Assembly: GCA_038215615.1 (NCBI GenBank)
Contig: JBBQQR010000016.1
Span: 1-46,674 of the forward strand
DNA from: Vulcanimicrobiales bacterium
GTDB lineage: Bacteria > Vulcanimicrobiota > Vulcanimicrobiia > Vulcanimicrobiales > Vulcanimicrobiaceae
Direction: 5' to 3'
DNA length: 46,674 bases
A program made the position numbers and the translations under genes. The notes below the pieces were generated by a model that was not told the DNA's origin, made no database searches, and was given only the letters and a program-made list of their open reading frames with translations. Positions 28,735 through 44,002 of the stretch are shown here, one piece after another (positions within the stretch are counted from its first letter, which is position 1; the number at the start of each line of letters is the position of its first letter).

Positions 28735-29747
28735 TATGTGACTGCTACAGGCTCCGGCGGGCGTAGTTCATTCATTTTTTTTTCTCCGTCTTCGGTAAAG
28801 AGTTCCGAGACGGAACGATTGGTGGTAATGCGGTTGATCGCGTCGGCGAAGGTCTGCGCGATCGAAAGCTGCGAGAACTTCGGGTGCTCGAGCGCGTCCG
28901 AGAACGGGATCGTGTCGGTCACGATCACTTTTTCGATGGGAGAAGCTTCCAGCACCGCGATCGCATCACCCGCGAAGATTCCGTGCGTGGCGACAGTATA
29001 GACTTTAGTCGCACCACGCGACAAGATCGCCTCGGCGGCTTTGGCCAGCGTTCCGCCGGTCGAGATCATGTCGTCCACAACAACGGCGATCTTGCCCGAA
29101 ACGTCGCCCACGATGTCCGTTACTTCGGAGACGTCGGGCTCGGGGCGCCGCTTGAAAACGATGGCGAGCGAACTTCCGAGCCGCTTGGCGAAAAGTTCGG
29201 CGCGGTGCACGCCCCCCGCATCGGGCGAGACGATGACCACCCGGTCGTCCGAAAGCTCTTCTTTCTTCAGGTAGTTGCACAGCGTCGGCATCGCCATCAG
29301 GTTGTCGACGGGGCCGTCGAAAAAACCCTGAATCTGCGCGGCGTGCAAGTCCATGGTCACCATGCGCTTTGCGCCGGCGGTTTTGAGCATGTTCGCAACG
29401 ACCTTCGCGGAGATCGGTTCGCGGCCGCTCGATTTCTTATCTTGCTTCGCGTAGCCGTAGTACGGCACGACCGCCGTGATGCGCGAAGCGGACGCCCGCT
29501 TTAACGCGTCGATCATCAGCAGCAGCTCCATGAGCGAATCGTTGACGCCGCCGCTTGCGGACTTGCAGATCGACTGGATGACGAAGACTTCGGAGCCGCG
29601 CACGTTCTCGCCGATCTGCACGCGCGTTTCCTCGTTCTTGAATTTGGAAACGGTCGCTTTGCCGACGTGCAGTTTTAACCGCCGGGCAATGTCCTCGGCG
29701 AGTTTTTGATTGGAATTTCCGCTAAAGAGAAGCGGGCTCTGGCTCAC
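28734..29747 (-). CDS. prs: Ribose-phosphate pyrophosphokinase
   Basis: [44 protein letters not shown]; start GTG 29747 inferred. Confidence 0.96.
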   Translation of the reverse strand: MSQSPLLFSGNSNQKLAEDIARRLKLHVGKATVSKFKNEETRVQIGENVRGSEVFVIQSICKSASGGVNDSLMELLLMIDALKRASASRITAVVPYYGYAKQDKKSSGREPISAKVVANMLKTAGAKRMVTMDLHAAQIQGFFDGPVDNLMAMPTLCNYLKKEELSDDRVVIVSPDAGGVHRAELFAKRLGSSLAIVFKRRPEPDVSEVTDIVGDVSGKIAVVVDDMISTGGTLAKAAEAILSRGATKVYTVATHGIFAGDAIAVLEASPIEKVIVTDTIPFSDALEHPKFSQLSIAQTFADAINRITTNRSVSELFTEDGEKKMNELRPPEPVAVT

Positions 29748-29809
29748 GCTCCGAGGTTCCTTTGGGAGCGTTCGCAACCCTGGCGGGGCCTGCATCGGTC
29801 CAGAGCGTC

Positions 29810-31855
29810 GTGGCCAACCGTTTCAAACTCGTGGCGCCCTTCAGCCTCGCCGGCGATCAGCCGGCGGCTACCCTGGCTTTGGGCGAGGGCGTACTCACAG
29901 GCGATCGCGCGCAGACGCTGCTGGGCGTGACGGGCAGCGGCAAGACGATGGCGATGGCGCGGACGATCGAGATCGCGCAGAAGCCGGCGCTCGTGCTCTG
30001 CCACAACAAGACGCTCGCGGCCCAACTTTGCGCTGAGTTCCGCGAGTTTTTTCCGGAGAACGCGGTCGAATTTTTCGTCTCGTACTTCGATTATTACCAG
30101 CCTGAAGCGTACATCGCCCACACCGACACCTACATTGAAAAAGACAGTTCGATCAACGAGGAGATCGAACGCTTGCGCCACTCGGCCACGCAGTCGCTGC
30201 TCACCCGGCCCGACACGCTCATCGTCGCGTCGGTATCGTGCATCTACGGCTTGGGCTCGCCGGCCGATTACATGGAACTCTCGCAGAATCTGAGCGTCGG
30301 CACCGAGATCGACCGCGACGTGCTTCTGCGCAAACTCATCGATATGCAGTACCGGCGCAACGACCTCAACCTCGTGCGCGGAACCTTCCGCGTTCGCGGC
30401 GATACGCTCGAGTTCATCGGCGTCGACGAAGAACTCGTGCATCGCATCGAATTCTTCGGCGACCGCATCGAGGCCATCAACGTCGTCAATCTCTTGACTG
30501 GCGAGTACGTCGAGAGCAAAGACGCGATCACCATTTTCCCGGCCAAACATTTCATCACGCCGGACGAGAAATTACGGCGAGCGATCGTTTCGATCGAGCA
30601 AGAGCTCGCGGATCGCCTGAAGTTCTTCAAGGAGAACGGGAAGCTGCTCGAGGCGCAGCGGCTTGAAATGCGCACGCGTTACGATCTCGACATGCTGCGC
30701 GAAGTCGGCTACTGTAACGGCATCGAGAATTATTCGCGCCCGCTCTCGGGGCGCGAGCCCGGCTCCACGCCGACCTGTTTGCTGGACTTCTTTCCGAAGG
30801 ATTGGCTGCTCTTCGTCGACGAGTCGCACGTGACGCTGCCGCAAGTGCACGGAATGTTCGCAGGCGATCGCTCGCGCAAGCAGTCGCTGGTGGAGCACGG
30901 TTTCCGCCTGCCGAGCGCACTCGACAACCGCCCGCTCACGTACGAGGAGTTTGACGCGCACATCAAACAGGTCGTCTACGTTTCGGCGACGCCCGGCACG
31001 TACGAAATGGGGCGCAGCGCGCAGGTCGTCGAGATGATCATCCGCCCGACGGGATTGGTCGATCCGGAAGTCGAGATTCGTCCCACGCTCAATCAGGTGG
31101 ACGATCTGATGGAAGAGATTCGTCTGCGCGTGGAGCGCAAGGAGCGCGTACTGGTTACGACGCTCACCAAGAAAATGGCCGAAGATCTGACCGACTTCTT
31201 ACTGGAGATGGGCTTTAAAGTGCGCTACTTGCATAGCGAGGTCGATACGCTCGAACGCGTCGCTATTCTGCGCGATCTGCGAATGGGCGTTTTCGACGTG
31301 CTCGTCGGCATCAATCTGCTTCGCGAAGGCCTGGATCTGCCGGAGGTCTCGCTCGTCGGCATTCTGGACGCCGATAAAGAAGGCTATTTGCGTAGCGGAA
31401 CGTCGCTCATTCAAACGATCGGCCGCGCCGCGCGCCACGTCGAGGGCAAAGTGCTCATGTACGCCGACGTCGTCACGCAATCGATGGAACGCGCGATCGG
31501 CGAAACGCGCCGGCGCCGCGAGCGGCAGGTCGCACATAATTTGGAACACGGCATCGAGCCCAAGAGCGTGCGTAAAGAGATCCGTGACATTCTCTCGATG
31601 GTGGGCGCGACACAAGAGACGCAACTCGAGCTGCGTCGTGAGAAACTGCCGCGCGACGTGGCCGTGAGTATGGCCGCCGAACTCGAAAAGAAGATGCACG
31701 AGTTCGCTGCCAACCTCGAATTCGAAAAAGCTGCGGCGCTGCGCGATGAGTTGGTGGAACTGCGCAAACAGATCGGCGGCAACGAATCGCTGCTCTTTCA
31801 AGGGAAAGCGCCCAAGATTTTCGCTCACGCTCTCAAGGAACTCGTCGGCAGCTAG
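29810..31855 (+). CDS. uvrB: Excinuclease ABC subunit B
   Basis: [50 protein letters not shown]; start GTG 29810 inferred. Confidence 0.97.
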   Translation: MANRFKLVAPFSLAGDQPAATLALGEGVLTGDRAQTLLGVTGSGKTMAMARTIEIAQKPALVLCHNKTLAAQLCAEFREFFPENAVEFFVSYFDYYQPEAYIAHTDTYIEKDSSINEEIERLRHSATQSLLTRPDTLIVASVSCIYGLGSPADYMELSQNLSVGTEIDRDVLLRKLIDMQYRRNDLNLVRGTFRVRGDTLEFIGVDEELVHRIEFFGDRIEAINVVNLLTGEYVESKDAITIFPAKHFITPDEKLRRAIVSIEQELADRLKFFKENGKLLEAQRLEMRTRYDLDMLREVGYCNGIENYSRPLSGREPGSTPTCLLDFFPKDWLLFVDESHVTLPQVHGMFAGDRSRKQSLVEHGFRLPSALDNRPLTYEEFDAHIKQVVYVSATPGTYEMGRSAQVVEMIIRPTGLVDPEVEIRPTLNQVDDLMEEIRLRVERKERVLVTTLTKKMAEDLTDFLLEMGFKVRYLHSEVDTLERVAILRDLRMGVFDVLVGINLLREGLDLPEVSLVGILDADKEGYLRSGTSLIQTIGRAARHVEGKVLMYADVVTQSMERAIGETRRRRERQVAHNLEHGIEPKSVRKEIRDILSMVGATQETQLELRREKLPRDVAVSMAAELEKKMHEFAANLEFEKAAALRDELVELRKQIGGNESLLFQGKAPKIFAHALKELVGS

Positions 31856-31871
31856 TCTCAAGAGTGCCGGT

Positions 31872-34346
31872 GTGAAACTTCGGCTCCGAGAAGAATCGCG
31901 TAGCGAAGAGGTTGCGCGGCTGCGCGCCGTGCTTCCGGCATCGGCGCAGTCCGCGCTGATCTCCTATCGCACGCGAACGGGCGCGTTGCTGCGCGTAGCC
32001 GGAGTTGCCGCGGGCGCTTACGACCGCGAGCACCATGACGTCTTCGTGCCACCGAGCGATGAGCCGCGCGAGCTCTCGCTTGAAGTCGAGCTTGAGGCGC
32101 TGCCGACAAACGGCTTGCCGTCAGGGCCCGGAATCATATGGTGGCTGCTCAACGCGCTGTCGCACCAATCTCCCCAGCGCTTTGTCATCGTGAGCCTGTC
32201 GAACGACGCCGAGCAGCGCGTCGAAGACGCGCAAGCCGAGGGGGAAAATCCGTCTCTCCCCCTCATCGGGCACAGCCACCTCGATGTGGCGTGGTTATGG
32301 ACGTACGAGCAGACGCGGCGCAAAGCGCAGCGGACGTTTGCAATTGCGTGCGATCTCTTCGAGCGCGATCCGCAGTTCGTGTTTGCGCAAAGCCAGCCGC
32401 AACTCTACCGTTTCGTGGAAGAAGACGATCCGCAACTGTTCGAGCACGTCTGCGAAGAAGTGCGCGCGGGCCGGTTCGACCCGGATATAGCAGCGCTTTG
32501 GGTTGAAAGCGACTGTAATATTCCCTCCGGCGAATCGCTGTTGCGTCAAATGCTGTTCGCGCACGACTATTGCACGCAGCGTTTAGGCGCGACGCCCTCG
32601 ATTGCGTGGCTGCCCGACTCGTTCGGTTTTGCGAACACCCTTCCGCAGCTGCTGGCGCATGCCGGCATTCCGTTTTTCGCGACGACGAAGCTGCAATGGA
32701 ACGATACGACACGTTTCCCGTATCCGCAATTCGTGTGGCGCGGCCCGGACGGAAGCAGCGTGACGAGCGCATTGATCCAGTCTTACGATGGCGGTCCTTA
32801 TCCGTGGCGAGTGAAGACCGCGCGCGAGCGGCACGAGCCGCTGGTCCTTGGATACGGCGACGGGGGCGGTGGCGTCACTCCCAAGATGCTCGCGCAAGCG
32901 CCGGCGATCGGCAGGTGGATCCATCCGCGCGAATGGTTCGACGGGCTCGCGAACCGCGGCGACGCGCTCCCGGTCTATTCGGGCGAGCTCTATTTGGAGT
33001 ACCATCGGGGCACGTACACGACGCACCACGACGTAAAGTTTTACAACGCGCTGCTGGAGCGCGCGCTGCTCGAAGCCGAGGAGCTCGTGGCGTGGTGTGA
33101 AGCCGTTCGCGCACCCGCCGCCGCCACGGCGCAGTTCGCGCAGCGCCTTCGCGCCGCGTGGGAAATCGTGCTGCGCAATCAATTCCACGACGTGCTCCCG
33201 GGCACTGCGATTGCAGATGTGTACCGCGATGCGCGGAGCGAATACGCGCAAGCCCAAGAACTGGTAGCGAGCGCGATCGCATCGGCGGAGTCGATGCTCC
33301 CGCGCACGGGCGTGCGCAGCGCCGCCGGGCCGTGCGCGCCTCGCGAAGACGCGACATCGTTTGTATTCGACAACGGCTTGGTGCGCGCGCGTGTGGGCGG
33401 CGACGGTGTCATCACCGAACTCGCCGCGTCCGGCGGCCGGAACGTAGCCGTTGAAGCCAACGTGCTCGCGCTGTACCGCGATCGGCCGCGCCAATGGGAA
33501 GCGTGGAACATCGACGACGGCTATCAGCGAACGCTACGCCGCGTCTCTGCGTTTGAGGCGCGCGTCGCCGGTGACGGGCTCAAGCTTGAGTACGATTTCG
33601 ACGGGTCGCCCGGCATGATGCGCGTCGAGCTGCGCGAAGGCGAGCCGTTTCTACGCGTCGAGCTCGACGTCGACTGGCATACTCGCCGCACGCTGCTTCG
33701 CGTCGAAAGCCGTTTCGCCGTCGAGACGAATGAGGTGACCTACGGATCTCCGCACGGCACGATCGTGCGCAGTGCGCTGCGCGATACACCCGAGAGGCGC
33801 GCGAAGTTCGAAGTTCCGGGCCAGCGCTTTGCCGCCGTGCGCGACATCCGCGCTGAAGGCGCGGCAATCTTTGCGCTGGACACGTATGGCTGGAGCGCGC
33901 TTTCGAAAGGGAGCGAAATCGCGATAGGGCATTCGCTGCTGCGCGGAACTGTTTGGCCGGATCCGCAAGCCGACATCGGTTCGCATCGCTTCAGCTATGC
34001 GTTCGCGCCGCTGGGTTCTGCGAGCACCGGTGCTTTAGAACGTGCGTGGCTGCGGTTCGCGCACGAACCGCGCGTCCGTTTGTTTACGACACCAGACGAG
34101 AACGTGCTGGTCGTCGCTTGCAAACCGGCCGAAGATCGCGACGGCGCGATCGTGCGGGTGCGCGAATGTAACGGCGAAGCGCGGCCGGTTCGTTTGCGAT
34201 CGGGCGCGCGGCTAGCTTCCGCGCATGCGGTCGATGCGCTCGAGCGTCCCGTGGAGAGCGCCGTCTCAATTGAAAGCGAAACGCTGGTCTTCGAATTGAA
34301 AGCGTTCGAGCTGCGATCGTTTCGCGTGCGGTTCGGCCGTGCGTAA
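31872..34346 (+). CDS. Glycoside hydrolase family 38 alpha-mannosidase
   Basis: GHSHLDVAWLW, GESLLRQ, WLPDSFG, GYGDGGGG, GELYLEYHRG, NQFHDVLPG; start GTG 31872 inferred. Confidence 0.9.
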   Translation: MKLRLREESRSEEVARLRAVLPASAQSALISYRTRTGALLRVAGVAAGAYDREHHDVFVPPSDEPRELSLEVELEALPTNGLPSGPGIIWWLLNALSHQSPQRFVIVSLSNDAEQRVEDAQAEGENPSLPLIGHSHLDVAWLWTYEQTRRKAQRTFAIACDLFERDPQFVFAQSQPQLYRFVEEDDPQLFEHVCEEVRAGRFDPDIAALWVESDCNIPSGESLLRQMLFAHDYCTQRLGATPSIAWLPDSFGFANTLPQLLAHAGIPFFATTKLQWNDTTRFPYPQFVWRGPDGSSVTSALIQSYDGGPYPWRVKTARERHEPLVLGYGDGGGGVTPKMLAQAPAIGRWIHPREWFDGLANRGDALPVYSGELYLEYHRGTYTTHHDVKFYNALLERALLEAEELVAWCEAVRAPAAATAQFAQRLRAAWEIVLRNQFHDVLPGTAIADVYRDARSEYAQAQELVASAIASAESMLPRTGVRSAAGPCAPREDATSFVFDNGLVRARVGGDGVITELAASGGRNVAVEANVLALYRDRPRQWEAWNIDDGYQRTLRRVSAFEARVAGDGLKLEYDFDGSPGMMRVELREGEPFLRVELDVDWHTRRTLLRVESRFAVETNEVTYGSPHGTIVRSALRDTPERRAKFEVPGQRFAAVRDIRAEGAAIFALDTYGWSALSKGSEIAIGHSLLRGTVWPDPQADIGSHRFSYAFAPLGSASTGALERAWLRFAHEPRVRLFTTPDENVLVVACKPAEDRDGAIVRVRECNGEARPVRLRSGARLASAHAVDALERPVESAVSIESETLVFELKAFELRSFRVRFGRA
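32183..32243 (+). repeat. REP-like palindromic element, in-frame in the GH38 gene
   Basis: TGTCATCGTGAGCCTGTCGAACGA followed by CCGAGCAGCG-CGTC-GAA-GACG-CGCAAGCCGAGGGG; matches the ligA copy. Confidence 0.8.
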
Positions 34347-35061
34347 ACTCGACGCGGTCCTCTTCGATCTCGACGATACGCTGCACGACGACACGCTCGC
34401 GTTCAGGAGCGCCGCGGACGAAGTCGCGCGCGAGGTCGCCGCCGAGCGCGGCATCGATGCCCTGGCGCTGAGAGACGCGTATGTTGCCCAAGCGGAGGGG
34501 TTCTGGAAGCAGCTGACCGCGGATCGCGTGCAAGAGATACTCCTGACCAAGCTCTCGTCGCTGCGTTCGCGCTTGTGGGGAAGCGCGCTTTCATCGATCG
34601 GACTTAACGATCCGCGCTTAGCCGAACGCTGCGCCGTTGACTATAATCTGTACCGTAAGAAATATTTCGCGCTCTTTCCGGGAGCGCTCGACCTGCTGAC
34701 GCGGCTCCGCGCTGCCGGCAAAAAGCTGGGGCTGGTAACCAACGGCGTTTCGGAGACGCATAATGAGAAGATCGCGCTCCTGGAGTTGAGCGATCGCTTT
34801 GATGCGATCTTTCTGGCCGACGAAACCGGGATGGTCAAGCCCGATCCCCGCCTTTTCGCCCATGCCTGCGAAAAGCTGGGGACCACGCCGACCGCGACGG
34901 CGATGGTCGGAGACCGCTACGAACGGGACATCGTGGGCGCGAACGAGGCCGGCCTATTCACGATCTGGATGAACCTGCGGAACGAACCGCTCCCCAAAGA
35001 CACCGCCGCGCCTGGCGCCACCGTGCGGACCCTTGCCGAGGTAAGCGCTCTCTTGCTGTGA
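34339..35061 (+). CDS. HAD-superfamily hydrolase
   Basis: FDLDDTL, VTNG, KPDP, MVGD...DIVGA. Confidence 0.9.
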   Translation: MRKLDAVLFDLDDTLHDDTLAFRSAADEVAREVAAERGIDALALRDAYVAQAEGFWKQLTADRVQEILLTKLSSLRSRLWGSALSSIGLNDPRLAERCAVDYNLYRKKYFALFPGALDLLTRLRAAGKKLGLVTNGVSETHNEKIALLELSDRFDAIFLADETGMVKPDPRLFAHACEKLGTTPTATAMVGDRYERDIVGANEAGLFTIWMNLRNEPLPKDTAAPGATVRTLAEVSALLL

Positions 35062-35124
35062 AACCTAGTCCAAAGGCGCGGCTCTTTGCATTGGGGAGCC
35101 TGTGAACTGAAAAGGGAAGGTTAT

Positions 35125-35892
35125 ATGCAATCTCCTGAAGGTTTGGGCAACACGTTTGGGCGCTCGTGGGAGCTGCTCTCCGGCAACTGGATCATGCTGG
35201 TCCCGGGTCTCGTGATCGGCATCCTGGCGGCGGTGATCGTCTTCTTCCTGGTCGGAGCCGGGTTAATCGGCGGCGCGGGACTGGGAGCGGTCGGGGCCGG
35301 CGGCGCCGGAATGGGCGCAATCGCCATGGCCGGGATGCTCTCGGCTGTCATCATGCTTGTCGCGATGATATTGACGATCGCTTACACGACGGGCATGGCA
35401 GGAGCCGCTTGGCGGACCGGCCGTGCAACGCTCGACGATGGCGCCTCGGCGTTCCGTAAAGACGCCGGCTCCATTCTGGTCGCCGTCGTTCTGCTGATCG
35501 TGCTCGCGGTGGTTGCCGGATTTCTTTCGCTCTTTACCTTCGGCTTGGCGTTCCTCGCATTCGCACTGTTCTTCATGTACACGTTTGCGAGCGTCATCGT
35601 CGGCGGACATTCCGGCGCTGAAGCGCTTGGCGATTCCGCCCGCGTGACCACGCGAAACTTCGTGACGACGCTGCTGCTGCTGGTGCTCATCTGCGTCGTC
35701 GCCTTCGTAGCCGGTTGGATCGGGCACTTTCTCGGGCAGCTCCCGCTGCTCGGCGGAATTGTCTCGATGGTGATCCAGCAAATCGTTGCGGTCTTCGCAA
35801 CGCTGGTGATCGTCGGCGAGTACATCAAACTGTCGAGCACGGCAGGCGTCGCAGCAAGGCCGCCGAGCGCCGGGCCGCCCGCAACCTACTAG
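35125..35892 (+). CDS. Multi-pass membrane protein, unknown function
   Basis: About six hydrophobic segments; SD GGAAGG before ATG 35125. Confidence 0.8.
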   Translation: MQSPEGLGNTFGRSWELLSGNWIMLVPGLVIGILAAVIVFFLVGAGLIGGAGLGAVGAGGAGMGAIAMAGMLSAVIMLVAMILTIAYTTGMAGAAWRTGRATLDDGASAFRKDAGSILVAVVLLIVLAVVAGFLSLFTFGLAFLAFALFFMYTFASVIVGGHSGAEALGDSARVTTRNFVTTLLLLVLICVVAFVAGWIGHFLGQLPLLGGIVSMVIQQIVAVFATLVIVGEYIKLSSTAGVAARPPSAGPPATY

Positions 35893-35936
35893 ACTCGCGC
35901 AACGACTGAACCGGGTGGCGTGTTGAAGTAACGAAC

Positions 35937-38921
35937 ATGCCACCCGGTCTCGACTCCATCGTTATCAAGGGCGCGCGCGAGCATAACCTCAAGAACATCG
36001 ATCTCGCCCTTCCACGAAACCAGCTGATCGTGATCACCGGCCTCTCGGGGTCCGGCAAATCCTCGCTTGCCTTCGATACGATCTATGCCGAGGGTCAGCG
36101 CCGCTACGTCGAATCGCTCTCTTCGTACGCGCGGCAATTCCTGGGGCAGATGGAGAAGCCGGACGTCGATTATATCGAGGGACTCTCGCCGGCGATTTCG
36201 ATCGATCAGAAGTCCACGTCGCGCAACCCGCGCTCGACCGTCGGAACGGTTACCGAAGTCTACGATTATCTGCGCCTGCTCTTCGCGCGCATCGGGCTGC
36301 CGCATTGCTACAACTGCGGGCGCGAGATCTCTTCGCAAACCAGCGACCAGATCGTGGACTCGATCATGGAACTCCCCGACGGTGCGAAAATTCAACTGCT
36401 TGCGCCGCTCGTCCGCGGTCGCAAGGGCGAGTACGCCAAACTATTTGAAGAGATAGCCAAAGAGGGCTTTTCGCGCGTGCGCATCGACGGCGAACCGCGC
36501 GAGCTGCGCGAAAAGATCGTCCTCGATAAAAAACGCAAGCACACCATTGAAGTTGTCGTCGACCGCCTGGTGATGAAACCGGATATCCGCAAACGGCTCA
36601 CCGACTCGGTCGAAACGACCGTTCGGCTCTCCACCGGCATCGTCACGGCGCTGGTTGAAGACCCTTCGGCAGGCTCGGGGCAAGCTAAGGCCCGAGAACT
36701 CACCTACAGCGAGGCGTTCGCATGCGTCTACTGCGGACTTTCATTTGAAGAGCTCGCGCCGCGGCTGTTTTCGTTCAACTCCCCTTACGGCGCGTGTCCG
36801 GGCTGCACCGGCCTGGGCGAAAAGATCGAAATCGATCCGTGGCTGGTCATTCCCGATCGCGGCAAGTCGATCGAGAGCGGCGCGATCGTTCCGTGGAGCA
36901 AGTCGCTGGGCAGCGGGCGCTTCCCCTCGATGAACCCCTATTATCTACAACAGCTCGAGCGTGTGCTGCGGCGCTATCGCGTGAAGATGACGACGCCGGT
37001 CGAGAAGATGCCCGACGAAGTCGTCGACGTGATTTTATACGGCACCGATCGCGAGCAAAACTTCGCTTTTGAATCGCGGGCCGGCAAAGTCTGGGAATAC
37101 AAGGCGACCTTCGAAGGCGTCGTCAACAATTTGGAGCGCCGCTACAGCGAAACGTCGAGCGACTACGTCAAGGAAGACATCGAGAAGTATATGTCCGCCT
37201 CGGTCTGCCCGCAGTGCAAGGGCGCGCGGCTCAAACCCGAGGCGCTGGCCATAACGGTGGGCGGTTCCAACATCGACAAGTTGACGCGACTTTCGATCGA
37301 ACGGTGTGAAAAATTTTTTAACGAGTTCAAACCGAGTGCACGTGAAGAACAGATCGCGCATCAGGTGCTCAAAGAGATCCGTGCGCGCCTGGGCTTCCTG
37401 ACCAACGTCGGTTTGAATTATTTGACGCTGGGTCGTTCGGCCACCACGCTTTCGGGCGGCGAATCGCAACGCATCCGGCTGGCGACGCAGATCGGCAGCT
37501 CGCTGGTCGGCGTACTCTACATCTTGGACGAGCCGTCGATCGGTTTGCATCAGCGCGACAACGACAGATTGCTCGCAACGCTAAAGACGTTGCGCGACCT
37601 CGGCAACACGCTGATCATCGTCGAGCATGACGAGGATACGATCCGCAATGCGGATGTGGTTGTCGATATTGGCCCGGGCGCCGGCGCGGAAGGCGGTTAT
37701 GTGTTGAGTGCGGGAACGCTTGACGACGTTATCGCCAACCCGGAGTCGGAAACCGGCGCATATATTTCCGGCCGCAAGTTCATTCCGATACCCAAAGAGC
37801 GGCGCGAGCCCCGGTCGTGGCTGCAAGTCCGTAAAGCTAAGGCCAACAACTTGCTTGGGATCGACGTCGATCTTCCGGTCGGCGTGTTCTCGTGCGTCAC
37901 CGGCGTCAGTGGAAGCGGCAAATCCACGCTCGTCAATGACGTGGTCGTCAAGGCGCTGAATCAGCATCTGCATCATCAGCCGGCGGCCGGAACGTACGGC
38001 AGCGTGCGCGGCGCCGACGTGCTCGACAAGCTCGTCGTGATCGACCAATCGCCGATCGGACGTACTCCGCGCAGCAATCCGGCGACCTACACCGGCGCCT
38101 TCGACCTGGTACGCGAGCTGTTTTCGCTCGTTCCGGATTCGAAGATGCGCGGCTACATGCCGGGCCGTTTTTCGTTCAACGTGCGGGGCGGCAGATGTGA
38201 ATCCTGTGAAGGCGACGGCATCATTAAAATCGAGATGCATTTTCTGCCGGATGTCTACGTACCGTGCGAAGTGTGCAAGGGCAAGCGCTACAACGCGCAG
38301 ACGCTGGAGATCAAGTACAAAGGAAAGAACGTCAGCGACGTGCTCGATATGCGCGTCGACGAAGCGTCGGAATTCTTTTCGGCGATACCGCGCATTCACA
38401 ACAAATTGCGTACGATTTGTGAAGTCGGGCTCGGCTACATCAAAATGGGACAGCCTGCGACCACGCTCTCGGGCGGCGAGGCGCAACGCGTCAAGCTGGC
38501 GACGGAACTCGCGCGCCGCTCGACGGGCCGCACGTTCTACGTGCTCGACGAACCGACGACCGGTCTGCATTTCGCCGATATCCACAAACTGCTCGAAGTC
38601 TTGGACCGCTTGGTGCAGACGGGCAACACTGTGCTCGTGATCGAGCACAACCTCGACGTCATCAAAACGGCCGACTACATCATCGATCTCGGTCCCGAAG
38701 GCGGTGACCGCGGCGGCACCGTGGTTGCGGCCGGAACTCCCGAAAAGGTCGCGCGCGACAAGCGTTCCTACACCGGGCAATACCTGTTCCCCGTGCTGAA
38801 AGATCAGCGTGGCGTCGGACACCGCCGGCCCGCGGCCAGCGCGATCGAAGCGCTGGAGCGTGAGAATTTGCGGGCCCTCGACGACCTGGCGAAGGGTGAC
38901 AGGGTAGCCGTCGAAGCCTAA
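35937..38921 (+). CDS. uvrA: Excinuclease ABC subunit A
   Basis: [18 protein letters not shown], two LSGGE signatures, zinc fingers, GVSGSGKST. Confidence 0.98.
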   Translation: MPPGLDSIVIKGAREHNLKNIDLALPRNQLIVITGLSGSGKSSLAFDTIYAEGQRRYVESLSSYARQFLGQMEKPDVDYIEGLSPAISIDQKSTSRNPRSTVGTVTEVYDYLRLLFARIGLPHCYNCGREISSQTSDQIVDSIMELPDGAKIQLLAPLVRGRKGEYAKLFEEIAKEGFSRVRIDGEPRELREKIVLDKKRKHTIEVVVDRLVMKPDIRKRLTDSVETTVRLSTGIVTALVEDPSAGSGQAKARELTYSEAFACVYCGLSFEELAPRLFSFNSPYGACPGCTGLGEKIEIDPWLVIPDRGKSIESGAIVPWSKSLGSGRFPSMNPYYLQQLERVLRRYRVKMTTPVEKMPDEVVDVILYGTDREQNFAFESRAGKVWEYKATFEGVVNNLERRYSETSSDYVKEDIEKYMSASVCPQCKGARLKPEALAITVGGSNIDKLTRLSIERCEKFFNEFKPSAREEQIAHQVLKEIRARLGFLTNVGLNYLTLGRSATTLSGGESQRIRLATQIGSSLVGVLYILDEPSIGLHQRDNDRLLATLKTLRDLGNTLIIVEHDEDTIRNADVVVDIGPGAGAEGGYVLSAGTLDDVIANPESETGAYISGRKFIPIPKERREPRSWLQVRKAKANNLLGIDVDLPVGVFSCVTGVSGSGKSTLVNDVVVKALNQHLHHQPAAGTYGSVRGADVLDKLVVIDQSPIGRTPRSNPATYTGAFDLVRELFSLVPDSKMRGYMPGRFSFNVRGGRCESCEGDGIIKIEMHFLPDVYVPCEVCKGKRYNAQTLEIKYKGKNVSDVLDMRVDEASEFFSAIPRIHNKLRTICEVGLGYIKMGQPATTLSGGEAQRVKLATELARRSTGRTFYVLDEPTTGLHFADIHKLLEVLDRLVQTGNTVLVIEHNLDVIKTADYIIDLGPEGGDRGGTVVAAGTPEKVARDKRSYTGQYLFPVLKDQRGVGHRRPAASAIEALERENLRALDDLAKGDRVAVEA
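36662..36686 (-). repeat. REP-like element (reverse orientation), in-frame in uvrA
   Basis: CCCTTCGGCAGGCTCGGGGCAAGCT (PSAGSGQA), similar to CCCTTCGACCCGGCTCAGGACAGGCT in ligA. Confidence 0.7.
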
Positions 38922-38924
38922 GTT

Positions 38925-39278
38925 ATGGCGCAATTCACAATCGCGATGCTGGTCTGCGCGGATTTGGCACGCTCGCGCGATTTCTACCGCGACGTGCTGG
39001 GCTTGAAGGTGAAGACGGACGCAATTCCGGACTGGGTCGATTTCGATCTCGGCGCCGGCGCGCTGCTTGGATTGCATCCGAAGACCGAAGTGCTGGCCGT
39101 GCGCCCCGGATCGCTGCAGGTTGGTTTTTCCGTGGAAGACGTGGACGCGTTCGTCGAAGAGTGCAGCGCAAAAGGCGTTCCGGTTTTTCAAAGTCCCTGC
39201 GATGAATCGTTCGGGCGCTTTGCGATGATCGGCGATCCGGACGGATACGCTATTCAGATAATCAGTTTGTCGCGCTAG
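38925..39278 (+). CDS. VOC/glyoxalase family protein
   Basis: DLARSRDFYRDVLG, FSVEDVD, GRFAMIGDPDG. Confidence 0.88.
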   Translation: MAQFTIAMLVCADLARSRDFYRDVLGLKVKTDAIPDWVDFDLGAGALLGLHPKTEVLAVRPGSLQVGFSVEDVDAFVEECSAKGVPVFQSPCDESFGRFAMIGDPDGYAIQIISLSR

Positions 39279-42496
<3,218 letters not shown>

Positions 42497-42499
42497 TTC

Positions 42500-44002
42500 C
42501 TAGAAAATGCAGGTCAAGGTGTGCCGCTCCTGCCGGTGGGGCAGCGCAATGCCTAAAGAGCCGGCGACGTCGCGAGCTATGACGCCGACAGGGCGTTGCA
42601 TTCCGGCTTTTCTTGCCGCAAGGCCGTGCCAGTACGCCGCGGCGCGCGCTGCATCGATCGGTGCAAGCCCCTGTGAAAGCAGCGTTGCGATCATGCCCGT
42701 GAGTACGTCGCCCGTGCCGGCCGTTGCGAGCAGCGGCGTGCCGGTCGTGTTGACGTGCATAACTTTACCGCCGTAAATTAGCGTCGCGTCGCCTTTGAGC
42801 AACGTGGTGACGCCGGTACGCTCGACGAACTCGCGCAGGCGGTCGATCCGCTCGCCTGGCTTGATCGTGCCCCGGCCGGAAAGGCGCGCAAATTCGCCTT
42901 CGTGCGGCGTGAGAACGATGCGTTTTCCGCGCAGCACGTCCAGATGTTTCGCGAAATGGAACAGCGCGCTCGCGTCGGCAACCATCGGCAGATCGCATTG
43001 CTTGACAAAATCGCGCACGATTCCGCCCGTTATGTCGTCGAGACCCAGCCCGGGTCCGATTCCGACGGCGCTACAGCGTCCTGCCACGTCCAGAAGATCG
43101 CCGGCGCTGGTCAGCTCGACAACAACTTGCTCGACCAGGTGCGCGCGCAGCGCGGGCAGCGCGCTCTTCGGCGCGGCGACCGTTACATAACCCGCGCCGG
43201 ATCGGGCCGCCCCGAGCGCCGACAGTATCGCCGCGCCCGGAAACTGTTCCGAACCCGCGATGATGAGCGGAGCGCCGGCTTTGCGTTTGTCGGAATTTTG
43301 CGCGCGCTTCGGCAGCAGCTTCAAAAATTCGGTGGCGTCGAGCGCAGCGAATTCCTCAGACTGATCCGCGATCGCTTTTGCGGACAAGCCGATGTCGGCC
43401 AGCCATAGCTCGCCCGCGAGCGAGCGCGCGGGTTCGAGCATCAGCCCGATCTTCAACGCGCCGAGCGTAACGGTGACGTTCGCGCAGACGGCAATGCCGC
43501 CGGCCGCGCCCGTCGCGGCATCAACGCCGCTCGGCGCGTCGATCGCGAGTACGGCCGCCGCGCTTTCGTTAAGAGCGGTCACGAGTGGCTCGTATTTTTG
43601 CGGCAGCGGTAGACGCGCGCCCGTGCCCAGCAGTCCGTCCAGCGCGAGTCCGCAGCCCTCGAGCGCCGCACGCGCTTGGGCAGCGGTCTGCGGCAATGAC
43701 CGCGCGGTGACGCCTGCCTCTGATGCACGCTTTTCTGCGTCGCGCCGCGCCGCGGACGGCCTTTCCGCCAGGTCCGCGTACACGATGCGTTCGTACGACG
43801 CCGGCAGCAGCGCGAGCGCCGCGAAGGCGTCTCCGCCGTTGTTTCCGCTGCCCGCGAATGCGACGATCTTTGATCCGCGCGCGCAGCGGCGCGCCATCTC
43901 GGCGATTCGCTCGCCTGCGCTCCGCATCAGTGCAACGTCGCCGCCGCCGGCCGACGATGCCGCATCGACCGCGCGCATTTGCTGCGCTGTGAAGACGCGC
44001 AC
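42500..44002 (-). CDS. nnr: Bifunctional NAD(P)H-hydrate epimerase/dehydratase
   Basis: GSGNNGGD, DGLLGTG, GPGLG, LTPHEGEF, ATAGTGDVLTG. Confidence 0.92.
   Translation of the reverse strand: MRVFTAQQMRAVDAASSAGGGDVALMRSAGERIAEMARRCARGSKIVAFAGSGNNGGDAFAALALLPASYERIVYADLAERPSAARRDAEKRASEAGVTARSLPQTAAQARAALEGCGLALDGLLGTGARLPLPQKYEPLVTALNESAAAVLAIDAPSGVDAATGAAGGIAVCANVTVTLGALKIGLMLEPARSLAGELWLADIGLSAKAIADQSEEFAALDATEFLKLLPKRAQNSDKRKAGAPLIIAGSEQFPGAAILSALGAARSGAGYVTVAAPKSALPALRAHLVEQVVVELTSAGDLLDVAGRCSAVGIGPGLGLDDITGGIVRDFVKQCDLPMVADASALFHFAKHLDVLRGKRIVLTPHEGEFARLSGRGTIKPGERIDRLREFVERTGVTTLLKGDATLIYGGKVMHVNTTGTPLLATAGTGDVLTGMIATLLSQGLAPIDAARAAAYWHGLAARKAGMQRPVGVIARDVAGSLGIALPHRQERHTLTCIF

Noticed and set aside
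31746..31871. Extended N-termini given by the ORF track (also 7265, 9655, 14765, 17087, 26214, 44640, 45623)
   Set aside because: They overlap neighbouring genes and add non-homologous sequence; downstream starts fit better
35893..35936. LexA/SOS box upstream of uvrA (and of uvrB)
   Set aside because: No GAAC-N4-GTTC or CTGT-N8-ACAG palindrome found
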